Under the pieces are notes generated by a model that saw only the letters and a program-made list of their open reading frames with translations, had not been told where the DNA came from and did not search any database. From Candidatus Sumerlaeaceae bacterium (GTDB lineage Bacteria > Sumerlaeota > Sumerlaeia > Sumerlaeales > Sumerlaeaceae), in NCBI GenBank assembly GCA_051003195.1, contig JBPCLP010000053.1, positions 1 through 64,000 of the forward strand: 64,000 nt of DNA, written 5' to 3'. Positions 36,244 to 52,213 of the stretch are shown here, one piece after another. The position numbers and the translations under genes were made by a program. Positions within the stretch are counted from its first letter, which is position 1. Every line of letters begins with the position of its first letter.

Positions 36244-39200
36244 TTATTCGATTCTGAAACTACTAAAGGTCACCGGCAGTGTGGACGGTGTGCTTGAAGT
36301 GTCGGCGATGTATTCCAGCGACAGCGGGTTGAGTGAATTACTATCGAAGCCTTTGCTGCTGGCGCTGGTGACGTGGGTGATCCTGAGTGTGTCGGCGCCG
36401 GTTGTGTTTGCGCTCGTTTGTACCACGACGAAGTACGTCTTCGATGCAGTGCCCGCGATTAGTGTATCGGCGTTCGACGGCAGCGGGATCGAGAGGCGTC
36501 CCTGCCAGTCGAGGTCCAGGGTGGTGTAGCGCACAAGCTGCGTGTCGCTCCCGGACTCAAAGACGCCCGAGCCGGTGTCACGCCAGATCGACAGCCCGGA
36601 GACCAGGTAGTTCGCCTGCGTCGAGGTCAGCGTCGTGCCCGAGCTGTTGGCGAAGCCAAGGTGCAGGCTGGAGAGATACTCTGCCGAATCGGTGGCCGTT
36701 CCGTTGTGTGTGTCTATAATCTTCAACAGGCTCGTCGTTGTACCGGGTGCAATGCCGGAGGGCGCAACACTCGTCGTCGCCAGCTTGAACTGGCCGCCGA
36801 TGTTCTTCAGCACCGAGAGGTCGTTCGAACTAAAGTTCGTCGCAGCGAGGTCCGCCATGCCGTCGCTGTTAAAGTTGCCCACGGCAACCGAGGCAGGGCC
36901 TGCCCCCACGGCAAAGTTGGTGGCGGGGCCGAAGCTGCCCGCGCCATTGCCCAGCAACATCGAGACGTTATTCGAGTTAACATTCGCCGTGGCGAGGTCG
37001 GCCTTGCCGTCGCCGTCAAAGTCGCCTACGGCGACGGAGTAGGGATTTGCTCCAACGGCGAAATTTGTGACGGCGCCGAAGCTGCCCGCACCGTTGCCCA
37101 GCAGCACCGAGACATTGTTTGAGTTAAGGTTCGCCGCAACGAGGTCGGCCTTGCCGTCGCCGTTAAAGTCGCCCAAAGCGACCGAGTAGGGGCTTGACCC
37201 GACGGTGAAGTTGGTGGCGGCGCCGAAACTGCCCGCGCCGTTGCCCAGCAGCACCGAGACGTTGTTCGAGTTAAAGTTCGCCGTGGCGAGGTCTGCCCTG
37301 CCATCACCATTAAAGTCGTTCACAGCGACTGAGAGTGGGGTTGTACCGACGGCAAAGTTGGTGGCGGCGCCAAAACTGCCCGCACCGTTGCCCAGCAGCA
37401 CCGAGACGTTGTCCGAGTTAAGGTTCGCCGTGGCGAGATCGGCCTTGCCGTCGCCGTTAAAGTCGCTCACGGCCACTGAGTAGGGGCCTGTCCCGACGGT
37501 GAAGTTGGTGGCCACGCCAAAGCTGCCCGCGCCGTCGCCCAGCCGCACCGAGACGTCGTTGGAGTTACGGTTCGCCGTGGCGAGATCGGCCTTGCCGTCG
37601 CCGTTAAAGTCGTTCACGGCCACCGAGTAGGGGCCTGACCCGACGGTGAAGTTGGTGGGCGCGCCAAAACTGCCCGAGCCATTGCCGAGCCGCACCGAGA
37701 CATTATTTGAGCTTTCGTTCGCCGTGGCGACGTCGGCCTTGCCGTCGCCGTTGAAATCGCCAACCGTCACCGAACGCGGGTTCGTTCCAACCGCGAAGTT
37801 CACCGCCGTATCAAACTTCGCGCTACGGTGGATCTCCTTGTTCAGCAGCACCGAGACGCAGTTCGCATTAAGATTTCCCGTCGCGAGGTCCGGGGCACCA
37901 TCCCCGTTCAAGTCGGCTGCGACCATGCCATAGGCGACGGTTCCGGCTGCCACGTTTGTAGCAGTTTGGAACGTGCCGTCTGCTTTTCCGCCGAGCAGTG
38001 AAACGGAATTCGAGCCGGCGTTAGCCACGGCCAGGTCCAGGTTTCCGTCTCCATTATAGTCCACTGCAGAGAGGGCCTCGGGGCTGCTTTGCACGGCATA
38101 GTTCACGGCAGTAGACAGAGCACCGGTGCCAGTCCCGAGCAGCACAGAGATATTGTCGCTCTGTTCGTTTGTGACGGCGAGGTCAAGTTTGCCATCATGG
38201 TTAAAGTCGCCAACGGCGCTTGGAAATGGGCCGGAGCCGACGGCGTAGGGGCTTCCCGGGGCCGCCGAGAACGACGCCGCGCCATTGCCCAGCAGCATAC
38301 TGACGTTGTTCGCTCCGCCATTACTGACTGCGATGTCTACCTTGCCGTCGCCGTTGAAATCTCCTGTGGAGAGTGCAGAGGCGCCGCCGATAACCGTGGC
38401 GAACGGACTGCCCGCGGCGGCGGAAAAGCCACCTGAGCCATTTCCGACCAGTACAGTTACGTCATTGCTGCCCGAATTGGCCGTCGCGAGGTCAGCCTTG
38501 CCGTCGCCGTTGAAATCTTTCGTCACGATACCCACCGGGCCGGTCCCGACAGAGAACGGGCTGCCCGCGGCCGCGGAGACACCGCCCGCCCCGTCACCCA
38601 GAAACACGCTGGTGGTGTCGGCAGCCTGGTTAGCCGTGGCAAAGTCAGGCTTTCCGTCACCATTAAAGTCGCCGACGACGACCGCGCGGGCGCGGCTGCC
38701 GATGGCAGTATTTGTCGCCGTGCCGTAGGTTCCGTCGCCGTTGCCCAGGTAAAGGGCGACACTGTTGGCATCGAAATTGGCGGTGACGATATCTATCTTG
38801 CCGTCGCGGTTGAAGTCACCCGCGGCAGCACCGATGGCGAAAGCACCGCTGTTGGTAAGAGTAGTCGTACTGGCGAAGGTAGGCGCGGTGGGAGTGAAGG
38901 TTTGAAGGAGGACGGAGACGTTGTTGGAGGTAGTATTTGCCGCGGCAAGGTCAGCTTTCCCGTCGCCGTTGAAATCGCCGGCCGTGACCGAAATCGGGCC
39001 CGTTCCCATCGCGAAGTTCGTCGCCGCGCCAAAACTCCCCGTGCCATTGCCCAGCAGCACCGAGACGTTGTTGGAGCTAAAGTTGGCCGCGGCAAGGTCA
39101 GCGATGCCATCGCCATTGAAATCGCCGACAGCGACCGAATATGGGCCCGTTCCAACCGCGAAGTTCGTCGCCGCGCCAAAACTGCCCGCCCCGTTGCTCA

Positions 39201-40155
39201 GCAGAACCGAGACATTGTTGGAGCTGGTGTTCGACGCGGCGAGGTCAGTCTTGCCGTCGCCGTTAAGATCGCCAGCCACAATCGAAATCGGGAACGTTCC
39301 AACCGCGAAGTTCGTCGCCGCGCCAAAACTGCCCGCGCCATCGCCCAGAAGAACTGAGACGTTGTTGGAGCAGACGTTTGCCACGGCAAGGTCGGCCGTG
39401 CCGTCGCCATTGAAATCGCCAGCCGTAAGTGACCTTGGACACGTTCCAACCGCGAAATTCGTCGCCGCGCCAAAACTCCCCGCGCCGTCGCCCAGCAGCA
39501 CCGAGACATTGTTGGAGCAATTGTTCGCCGCCGCCAAGTCAGCCTTGCCGTCACTGTTGAAATCGCCGACCACGACCGATTCCGGGCACGTTCCAACCGC
39601 GAAGTTCGTCGCCGCGCCAAAACTCCCCGCTCCGTTCCCCAGCAGAACCGAGACATTGTTGGAGCTGTTGTTCGACGCGGCGAGATCGGCGTTGCCGTCA
39701 CCATTGAAATCGCCGACCGTGACTGACTTCGGATTCGATCCCACCGCGAAGTTCGTCGCCGCTCCAAAACTGCCTGCGCCGTTGCCCAGCAGCACCGAGA
39801 CGTTGTTGGAACTACTGTTCGTCGCGGCGAGGTCGGCGATGCCGTCGCCGTTGAAATCGCCAACCGTGACCGACCGAGGGTTCGTTCCCACCGCGAAGTT
39901 CGTCGCCGGGGCGAAGTTCACGCTCGCCGCGCCGGCGGAGTCAGCTAATAGAGCGAGAGAGAGACCGACAGACAGAGAGAAGCAAGAATGGAGTCGCGCG
40001 GGGAGCGACGTGCCTGCCCCGCCAGGCGGCGGCATTGCTGCGGCATTGCCTGCGGCCCCGGCATTTTGCCGGCATTGCCCGCGAGTAGCACTCCGAGCAG
40101 CGCTGAGCGCCTTAGGGCGCGAGGCGCCGGTAAACCATCCTGATAAACGCGGCAT
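36244..40155 (-). CDS. Secreted FG-GAP/VCBS repeat protein: 21 repeats (3 x 7 blades) plus a C-terminal beta domain
   Basis: 21 D[FLY]NGDG..D-type motifs at ~49-aa spacing; ends LPVTFSSFRIE. Start uncertain; the signal-like segment is LSVGLSLALLADSAGA. Confidence 0.92.
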   Translation of the reverse strand: MPRLSGWFTGASRPKALSAARSATRGQCRQNAGAAGNAAAMPPPGGAGTSLPARLHSCFSLSVGLSLALLADSAGAASVNFAPATNFAVGTNPRSVTVGDFNGDGIADLAATNSSSNNVSVLLGNGAGSFGAATNFAVGSNPKSVTVGDFNGDGNADLAASNNSSNNVSVLLGNGAGSFGAATNFAVGTCPESVVVGDFNSDGKADLAAANNCSNNVSVLLGDGAGSFGAATNFAVGTCPRSLTAGDFNGDGTADLAVANVCSNNVSVLLGDGAGSFGAATNFAVGTFPISIVAGDLNGDGKTDLAASNTSSNNVSVLLSNGAGSFGAATNFAVGTGPYSVAVGDFNGDGIADLAAANFSSNNVSVLLGNGTGSFGAATNFAMGTGPISVTAGDFNGDGKADLAAANTTSNNVSVLLQTFTPTAPTFASTTTLTNSGAFAIGAAAGDFNRDGKIDIVTANFDANSVALYLGNGDGTYGTATNTAIGSRARAVVVGDFNGDGKPDFATANQAADTTSVFLGDGAGGVSAAAGSPFSVGTGPVGIVTKDFNGDGKADLATANSGSNDVTVLVGNGSGGFSAAAGSPFATVIGGASALSTGDFNGDGKVDIAVSNGGANNVSMLLGNGAASFSAAPGSPYAVGSGPFPSAVGDFNHDGKLDLAVTNEQSDNISVLLGTGTGALSTAVNYAVQSSPEALSAVDYNGDGNLDLAVANAGSNSVSLLGGKADGTFQTATNVAAGTVAYGMVAADLNGDGAPDLATGNLNANCVSVLLNKEIHRSAKFDTAVNFAVGTNPRSVTVGDFNGDGKADVATANESSNNVSVRLGNGSGSFGAPTNFTVGSGPYSVAVNDFNGDGKADLATANRNSNDVSVRLGDGAGSFGVATNFTVGTGPYSVAVSDFNGDGKADLATANLNSDNVSVLLGNGAGSFGAATNFAVGTTPLSVAVNDFNGDGRADLATANFNSNNVSVLLGNGAGSFGAATNFTVGSSPYSVALGDFNGDGKADLVAANLNSNNVSVLLGNGAGSFGAVTNFAVGANPYSVAVGDFDGDGKADLATANVNSNNVSMLLGNGAGSFGPATNFAVGAGPASVAVGNFNSDGMADLAATNFSSNDLSVLKNIGGQFKLATTSVAPSGIAPGTTTSLLKIIDTHNGTATDSAEYLSSLHLGFANSSGTTLTSTQANYLVSGLSIWRDTGSGVFESGSDTQLVRYTTLDLDWQGRLSIPLPSNADTLIAGTASKTYFVVVQTSANTTGADTLRITHVTSASSKGFDSNSLNPLSLEYIADTSSTPSTLPVTFSSFRIE

Positions 40156-40446
40156 GGGACTGTGTCCTTAATTCGTGAGTTTGACGCTGCATGTCGGCCC
40201 GGCGGCCCCTGCGCTTAGTCTCGAACACACCACACCGGCGATGGCTCCCAATCTCTCCTATATGAACCGGCCAACCGCCCCCACGTCAAGCCCTATGGTT
40301 GCCATTGAAATTCTGTGACGGTTGACGTTCACCCCGATTTCAAAAATGAGCCTTCCCGCGACCGCACTTCAACCTCCTCCACGGGCAGCCGCTCCCACGT
40401 GCGATCATCCTCTTCCCAGCCGCCTTCAAACTCCTTTATCGCAGGT

Positions 40447-40670
40447 TTAGCTCAGCAGCACATTGGCGATTTCGGTTAAATCTTTCACGGTGGCGTCGGG
40501 CAGATAGTTATGATCGTCTATCGGCAGGTTGTAACGGTTCACATAGATGGCGCGATAGCCGCATGCGCGTGCACCAATGGCATCGAACGTGTGCGCGCTG
40601 ACCACCAGCATCTCTTGCGGCTCGAAGCCAGGCTGCATGGCAGCAGCGCGGTAGACAGCCTTGCGGAGAC
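40447..40670 (-). pseudogene. C-terminal fragment of a HAD-family (haloacid dehalogenase-like) hydrolase
   Basis: AVYRAAAMQPGFEPQEMLVVSAHTFDAIGARACGYRAIYVNR; there is no room for the N-terminal part before the tRNA. Confidence 0.65.
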
Positions 40671-40733
40671 CGGCGGCGCTGGTAGTATCGGGGTGAATGA
40701 CAAAAGCCAGAACCTGTAGAAACCCCTCGGTAC

Positions 40734-40808
40734 GCGGGAGTAGCTCAGTGGTAGAGCACTAGCCTTCCAAGCTTGTGGCCGCGGGTTCGAGCCCCGTCTC
40801 CCGCTCCA
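40734..40808 (+). tRNA. tRNA-Gly (TCC)
   Basis: GCGGGAG/CTCCCGC acceptor stem, TAGCTCAGTGGTAGAGC D arm, CT-TCC-AA anticodon loop, GGTTCGAGCC T arm, encoded CCA. Confidence 0.96.
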
Positions 40809-41000
40809 GCATTATCAAGGGTTGCGAGGTTTTTGCGACTCGGCCAAAAAACAACGTTCACAGAACGTGAACGAAACCGCGGCGGATTCGCGAGCGATGG
40901 GTTTGAGTTTGTCCTGGCAGCCCACCGCACAACTCACGGTTGTTGTTGCCGTGACATTTCTGCATCGCGTTAGTGGCGGACATAAATCCTGGAGTCATGG

Positions 41001-42455
41001 ATGCGCTCAGCTTTTCCACACTTGCTGCCGGCAGTTATGTCAGTGCTGCTGCTCCCCTGCTCGATCGGTTTGGCGGGCGATCATTCTGCCGGCGTAAGCG
41101 CGTCCACGCCGCCGAACATCATCGTCATCCTGGCGGACGACCTGGGCTACGGCGACCTGGGCTGCTTTGGAAACACCGAATACCAGACGCCATGCCTGGA
41201 CAAGATGTCGAGCGAAGGCGTGCGGCTGACGCAGTTTTATGTCGCGTCGGGCGCGTGCTCGCCCTCGCGCGCGGCATTCCTGACGGGCAAGTATCCGTTG
41301 CGCGCGGGTGTTCCGCGGGTGCTTGGGCCGAAGAGCACCACGGGACTGCCACCGGAGGAGATCACGCTGGCGGAAATCCTGAAAAAGCGTGGATACGCAA
41401 CGCAGCTTGTGGGCAAATGGCACCTCGGGCACCAGCCAAAATTCCTGCCCACGCGGCAGGGGTTCGATCACTATTTTGGCATACCGTACAGCAATGACAT
41501 GAAACCCGCGCCACTGATGCGCGATACGCGGATTATCGAACAGACGATTGACCAGACCCAACTGACGCCGCGCTATACCGAGGAGGCTTTGCGCTTCATT
41601 GACGAGCAGACGTCCGCCGCGCGGCCGTTCTTTCTGTACTTTGCGCACAACTATCCGCACGTGCCGCTGCACGCATCCGAGAAATTCAAGGGCCGTAACG
41701 AACGCCTGTACGGGGACGTGATGCAGGAACTGGACTGGAGCGTGGGCCAGGTGATGGACCGACTGCGCGCATTGCGGCAGGAGAAGAACACGCTGGTGAT
41801 TTTCTTCAGCGATAACGGGCCGTGGCTGATAAAAGGAAGGGACGCGGGCTCCGCGGGGCCAATGCGCGATGGCAAGGGGACGCAGTACGAGGGAGGAATC
41901 CGGGTGCCGTGCATCGCATGGTGGCCGACACATCTGCCGGCCGGCGAGAGCATGGATGCGCCTGCGATTGCGACGGACCTGCTGCCGACAATTTGCCGCG
42001 TGACGGGTGCGCCGCTGCCGGAGAGAACGGCGCTGGACGGCGAAGATATTTTCCCGTTGCTGGAGGGCACCGGCTCGCCGTCGAAACGCACGCTGTTTTT
42101 CCCGGATTATTACGGGCACGACCATGTGGGCGCGGTGCGCGACGGCGACTGGAAGTTGATTACGGAGTGGCGCTGGCAGGAGATGCGCGGGGGCGAACGC
42201 GGCAAGACTTCGACGCGCGAGACGACGGAACCTGAGCTTTACAACATTGCCGCCGATCCGCGCGAGGCGCACAACCTTGCGGCTGAACATCCAGACAAAG
42301 TAAAATCGCTGACGCTTACAGCGGACGCGATGAGACGCAAACTGGACGCGGATGATCCGTGGCAGGGAATCGGGGATCCGAAAACGACAGAGTCGCTGGA
42401 TTTTGTCACGCCGGGGACAAAGACATATATGGGGAGTGCCACAGCCGGTGAGTGA
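41001..42455 (+). CDS. Exported arylsulfatase-family (S1, Cys-type) sulfatase
   Basis: PNIIVILADDLGYGD, CSPSRAAFLTG, GKWHLG, FSDNG, EGGIRVP. Confidence 0.95.
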   Translation: MRSAFPHLLPAVMSVLLLPCSIGLAGDHSAGVSASTPPNIIVILADDLGYGDLGCFGNTEYQTPCLDKMSSEGVRLTQFYVASGACSPSRAAFLTGKYPLRAGVPRVLGPKSTTGLPPEEITLAEILKKRGYATQLVGKWHLGHQPKFLPTRQGFDHYFGIPYSNDMKPAPLMRDTRIIEQTIDQTQLTPRYTEEALRFIDEQTSAARPFFLYFAHNYPHVPLHASEKFKGRNERLYGDVMQELDWSVGQVMDRLRALRQEKNTLVIFFSDNGPWLIKGRDAGSAGPMRDGKGTQYEGGIRVPCIAWWPTHLPAGESMDAPAIATDLLPTICRVTGAPLPERTALDGEDIFPLLEGTGSPSKRTLFFPDYYGHDHVGAVRDGDWKLITEWRWQEMRGGERGKTSTRETTEPELYNIAADPREAHNLAAEHPDKVKSLTLTADAMRRKLDADDPWQGIGDPKTTESLDFVTPGTKTYMGSATAGE

Positions 42456-42560
42456 TTCGCAGCCGCAGGAGTGTCTGTCGACATGGAGCCGGAGGCAGTT
42501 GGTCGTGCCGGGGGTGAGCGCGCTGATTGCGCTGGCGCTCATTCCGGTCGCGGAAAATTG

Positions 42561-47875
<5,315 letters not shown>

Positions 47876-47886
<11 letters not shown>

Positions 47887-48472
47887 TAGGGCTCAGGCTA
47901 TGCGTTTGACTGAGGTCCAGGAAGTTTTTAAGGATCGTTTTGCCTTCCGTCGTCAGGATCGATTCCGGGTGGAACTGCACGCCCATGACCGGATGCTCCT
48001 TATGGCGAACACCCATGATAAGACCGTCGTTGGTTTGTGCGGTAATTTCCAGGCACGCCGGCAGCGTGTCGCGTTCAACAATAAGCGAGTGATAGCGCGT
48101 GGCGACAAAGGGATTTGGCAGGCCGGCGAACAGCGCATCGCCGTAATGCTCGATTTCGCTCGTTTTGCCGTGCATCACTTTTGGGGCACGGATTACGTTT
48201 CCGCCATAGGCCTGCCCAATGCATTGATGACCAAGGCACACGCCCAGCACAGGAATGGATTCGCCCAGCAGGCGGATGATGTCGAGCGAAACACCGGCCT
48301 CATTAGGCGTACATGGGCCGGGGCTGATCACGATGCACGAAGGCCCCATAGCAAGTATGCCGGATGCGTCGATTTTATCGTTCCGAATTACCTGCATTTC
48401 GGCACCCAGCTCGCCGAGATATTGCACCAGGTTATAGGTAAATGAATCGTAGTTATCGATCACGAGAATCAT
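47876..48472 (-). CDS. trpG: Anthranilate synthase/aminodeoxychorismate synthase glutamine amidotransferase subunit
   Basis: [37 protein letters not shown]. Confidence 0.93.
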
Positions 48473-48476
48473 GGGT

Positions 48477-49961
48477 TCACTCCACTCCGTACTCGGCAAT
48501 TTCGATCGCCCGGATCATCGCGCTGGCCTTGTTGATGGTTTCCTTGTATTCCTCGGCAGGTTGAGAGTCTGCAACGATTCCAGCACCAGCCTGGATATAC
48601 GCATCCTCACCTTTGACGAGAATCGTCCGGATGGTGATGCAGGAGTCCAGATTGCCGTTGAAGCTGAAGTACCCGACAGAACCCGCATAAGTGCCGCGGT
48701 TCATTGGCTCGATCTCATCAATGATCTGCATCGCCCGGATTTTGGGTGCACCACTTACGGTGCCGGCCGGGAAGGCGGCTTTGAACACGTCGAAGGCGTC
48801 GTACTGGGGATCGAGCTTCCCGCGAACATTGGATACGATGTGCATCACGTGCGAGGAACGCTCGACCACCATCAGTTCGTCGACGGCGACCGTTCCATAA
48901 TTGCAAACGCGACCGCAGTCATTGCGACCCAAGTCCACGAGCATGATGTGTTCCGCGCATTCCTTGGGGTCCGCCAGAAGCTCCTTCTCGAGTGCAAGAT
49001 CCTGTTCTTTCGTATCGCCGCGCTTTCGTGTGCCGGCAATGGGCCGCACCTGTACTTCCCCGTCGGCGACGCGAACGAGAATTTCCGGGCTGGACCCAGC
49101 CAGGCGCAGGTCGCCGAATTTCAGGTAAAACATGTATGGCGATGGGTTGACCGCCCGTAGTGCGCGGTAAATTTCAAAGGCGTCGCACGATACGGGCACG
49201 TGAAATCTCTGGCTGATGACGACCTGGAAAACGTCACCCGCGGCAATGTACTCTTTGCATTTATCGACGGCTTCTTCAAAGGAATCCTGGGAGAAGTTGG
49301 AACGCACTTCAACGGGCTGGGTGTTCACCGTCTGCTCGCTCGTGTATATGGGCCGCGCGAGCTGCGAATGAAGTTGTCCGATGCGCTTAACCGCTTCTTC
49401 ATACGCCTGATCGGGCGTGGTGCGTTCAGTCACATGCGCATTCACCAGGATTTTTAACCGGTGTCGCACATGATCGAAGATCAACACAGAGTCGGTGACG
49501 ATGAAGTAGATATCCGGAACTCCGAGATCGTCTTTCTGGCCGTTGCCGATTGGCTCCAGGTTCCGAATCTCATCGTAGCTCACATAGCCAACCGCGCCTC
49601 CACAGAAGGGAGGCAGCGTAGGATCGGCAACCGGCTTGAACTGCTTCATGACCTCGCGCAGGCGGTCCAGCGGTGCGAAATCATGGAAGGATTCCTTGCG
49701 GCCGCCGGCGTAGCTGATTTCGACTTCGTGCTTCTTGCTGCGGAAGATGATGTGCGGATTGGCGCCGAGAAAGCTGTAGCGGCCGAGGTTCTCGCCTCCC
49801 TCGACGCTCTCCAGCAGGAAAGCGTATTTAGCATCGCCGATCTTTTTAAAAGCCGAGACGGGCGTGTCCATGTCGGCAACGATTTCGCGATACACCGGAA
49901 TCAGGTTTCCCTGCTCCGCCTTCGCAAGAAACTCTTCTCGGGTGGGATAGATGTTTGCCAT
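48477..49961 (-). CDS. trpE: Anthranilate synthase component I
   Basis: [46 protein letters not shown]. Confidence 0.93.
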   Translation of the reverse strand: MANIYPTREEFLAKAEQGNLIPVYREIVADMDTPVSAFKKIGDAKYAFLLESVEGGENLGRYSFLGANPHIIFRSKKHEVEISYAGGRKESFHDFAPLDRLREVMKQFKPVADPTLPPFCGGAVGYVSYDEIRNLEPIGNGQKDDLGVPDIYFIVTDSVLIFDHVRHRLKILVNAHVTERTTPDQAYEEAVKRIGQLHSQLARPIYTSEQTVNTQPVEVRSNFSQDSFEEAVDKCKEYIAAGDVFQVVISQRFHVPVSCDAFEIYRALRAVNPSPYMFYLKFGDLRLAGSSPEILVRVADGEVQVRPIAGTRKRGDTKEQDLALEKELLADPKECAEHIMLVDLGRNDCGRVCNYGTVAVDELMVVERSSHVMHIVSNVRGKLDPQYDAFDVFKAAFPAGTVSGAPKIRAMQIIDEIEPMNRGTYAGSVGYFSFNGNLDSCITIRTILVKGEDAYIQAGAGIVADSQPAEEYKETINKASAMIRAIEIAEYGVE

Positions 49962-50089
49962 TAAAGTCCCTGCCCATAGCTTGTCGGTTCACTGTGGATG
50001 TCGAGAAACATTATAGATTCTTTCCGGTAAAAACAGCGATGAGTTAGCGTCGCCATACTGACGTGCGCGCATTGCGGAACAACCACAGG

Positions 50090-50473
50090 TTAGCGGCCGT
50101 AGACCTCTTCCGCCGCAAAAACCTTTTCCCCCGTCTCACGCCATCGTTCGCCGTCGGCCACGCGATAAAAGCACGATCGATAGCCGTTATGGCACGCGCC
50201 GCCCACCTGTTCCACGCCCAGCAGCACTACATCGCCATCACAATCCAACCGGATCGAATGGACAGTCTGGGTATGGCCGGAGCTCTGACCCTTGAGCCAC
50301 AATTCCTTGCGGCTGCGACTCCAATAGCAGGCCTGTTTCTCCTCGATTGTGCGCGCCAGGGACTCGCGGTTCATCCACGCGAACATCAGTACCTCGCCCG
50401 TGGCGTGGTCCTGCACGATCGCGGGAACGAGTCCCTTATCATCGAATTTAACCTGGCTAAGTAGAGCGTCCAT
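50090..50473 (-). CDS. hisI: Phosphoribosyl-AMP cyclohydrolase
   Basis: [39 protein letters not shown]. Confidence 0.95.
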   Translation of the reverse strand: MDALLSQVKFDDKGLVPAIVQDHATGEVLMFAWMNRESLARTIEEKQACYWSRSRKELWLKGQSSGHTQTVHSIRLDCDGDVVLLGVEQVGGACHNGYRSCFYRVADGERWRETGEKVFAAEEVYGR

Positions 50474-50605
50474 ATCCGAGTGCGGCGGTAACGAGATAAA
50501 TCCCGTCACCAAAGTACAAGCATATAACCGCCAGCCGATCAGAAATTTACTGCACTACCTTACGGGCCCCTAGTCCGCTGCCTCGATTCCACCTGCTACA
50601 GTCCA

Positions 50606-50975
50606 TCATTTTATGGCATTTAAGAGCGTCGAACTACTCATGGTGGTGTGCTCCCAGTAATGGGCTGAATCGGCAGACCTGTGCCTCATTTGCACACTGC
50701 CCGTTGGTGCAGTTTTTAGCGAAAAGACCGATGGCAGTGAGGTAGTCCCTGAAGCAGGAAATTGACTACCCGCTGAGTCCAATGTTCCCGATGTCGCACT
50801 GATCAGCTCAGGCCCCAACGATTTAAACACAATACCTCCCGCCAGCCTGCTGGTTGTGGTAGTCAGCCCGCTGTCTTCCATTTCGCCCATGTCGTGAGCA
50901 TTGGCAGCAGATGCGGATAGGGCTAAACCGAGCGCCAGCCATCGAGCGCCATTTTGCGCAGCTCTCAGACTTTCT
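50606..50975 (-). CDS. Possible small exported Ser/Thr-rich protein; start codon unclear
   Basis: Signal-like RWLALGLALSASAANA followed by low-complexity sequence; fills the gap between co-oriented genes. Confidence 0.3.
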
Positions 50976-52170
50976 ACCAGATGTTCTGCAACTGCCGCAT
51001 GTAGATCTGGCCGTCCCCGCCTTCCGCCTGGGTCGATTCCCATACCACTACCGCATCTTTACCACCGGACGCCGTCCGGGGATTCCCGTAATACAGTTCT
51101 TCTCCATCGGACAGTTTAACTGAGGTCGACTCTCGAGCCGAGCGCCCATAAGCAGCGTATATCTGCGTTCCTTCGATGACGGACGTTGAACACCATGCAG
51201 CTACAATTGCGTCGCCGGCAGCGGCCCCGCTGATCTGGCTATTCGATGCATCCAGAGGCTGGTCGAGCGTTTCACCAGCACCGAGCAGCCGCGCTGCCTG
51301 TTCGCCAAAGTAGACACGATCAAAGTCCGCTTCGTTCTCAGTACCGGGAGGTTTTTCAAACCAGAACGCGGCCAACGGACCGGCAGGACGGCGTATAAGC
51401 TGCGGCAATGGCTCGCCCGGCAGGTTGTCCAGCTCTGCGAGCTTTGCATCGCCCCACAGCCCGGCGCTGCGCACATAACGTTCGCCGACAAGGTAGAAAC
51501 CATCTTCACGCCCGGCATACCATAGAATCGTGGGCTCCGGATCAAAAACGACTTCAGGAAACAGGTTATGCGTCTGTGCGGCGGGAGTCAGCGCCTCGAC
51601 ATGGAACGTTCCTTTTCCATCCAGAAATGCACAGTGAACTTCGTATGCGCTGCCGCGTGCGGACTGCCACACAATCCAGGGACTTCCCTGGTCATCCAGC
51701 TTAATTGTGACATAGTCGCAATCGCCCGCTGCCTCAGTGGCAGGCAAGCTCATGCTGTTCCATTTGCCTGCAATACGCGCGGCATAATGGGGAACAAATC
51801 TGCCATCGGTCAAAGCGATCCACGCAACGTGCGGATTGCCTGCCGCATCGACGTCGAGCGCCGGAAGTTCATTTTCACCAAGCGGTAGCGCATCGAGGAT
51901 GATTTCCGGCAACCATGTACCGTTCACGGCTTCGCGCAACAAGATGCGGCGCTCTTTGCCGACCAGGCCTTCCCACGCTACAAAAGTATGTACGCCGTCC
52001 TGCGAGCATGCGACCACGGGATGGCGGTTATCCGTCGAGCGCCCACTGAGAACGAGCGCCTCTCCGAGGGAGGGTGCCGCGATCGCATTCTGACTCGACA
52101 GCAATCCAAGCGTCACGCATGCGTAGAACGCCGCGGCCTGGACTGCAGTATGTAGTCGGGGCAAAATCAT
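50974..52170 (-). CDS. Hypothetical exported protein with propeller-like repeats
   Basis: Signal peptide; repeated P.L..D..G.P.(V/I)(A/V)W units. Confidence 0.75.
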   Translation of the reverse strand: MILPRLHTAVQAAAFYACVTLGLLSSQNAIAAPSLGEALVLSGRSTDNRHPVVACSQDGVHTFVAWEGLVGKERRILLREAVNGTWLPEIILDALPLGENELPALDVDAAGNPHVAWIALTDGRFVPHYAARIAGKWNSMSLPATEAAGDCDYVTIKLDDQGSPWIVWQSARGSAYEVHCAFLDGKGTFHVEALTPAAQTHNLFPEVVFDPEPTILWYAGREDGFYLVGERYVRSAGLWGDAKLAELDNLPGEPLPQLIRRPAGPLAAFWFEKPPGTENEADFDRVYFGEQAARLLGAGETLDQPLDASNSQISGAAAGDAIVAAWCSTSVIEGTQIYAAYGRSARESTSVKLSDGEELYYGNPRTASGGKDAVVVWESTQAEGGDGQIYMRQLQNIW

Positions 52171-52213
52171 AGCCAATTAAGTATTACGGTGTAAGTGCCC
52201 TATTTACGGGCAA

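Noticed and set aside
36244..40155. FG-GAP repeats as a diversity-generating retroelement TR/VR pair
   Set aside because: No reverse transcriptase in the window, and the repeats are in-frame propeller blades.
38921..40171. 416-aa plus-strand repetitive ORF and similar ORFs at 36635-38728
   Set aside because: Antisense shadows of the FG-GAP repeat gene.
41040..42542. 500-aa minus-strand ORF
   Set aside because: Antisense to a clear sulfatase, with no recognisable motifs.
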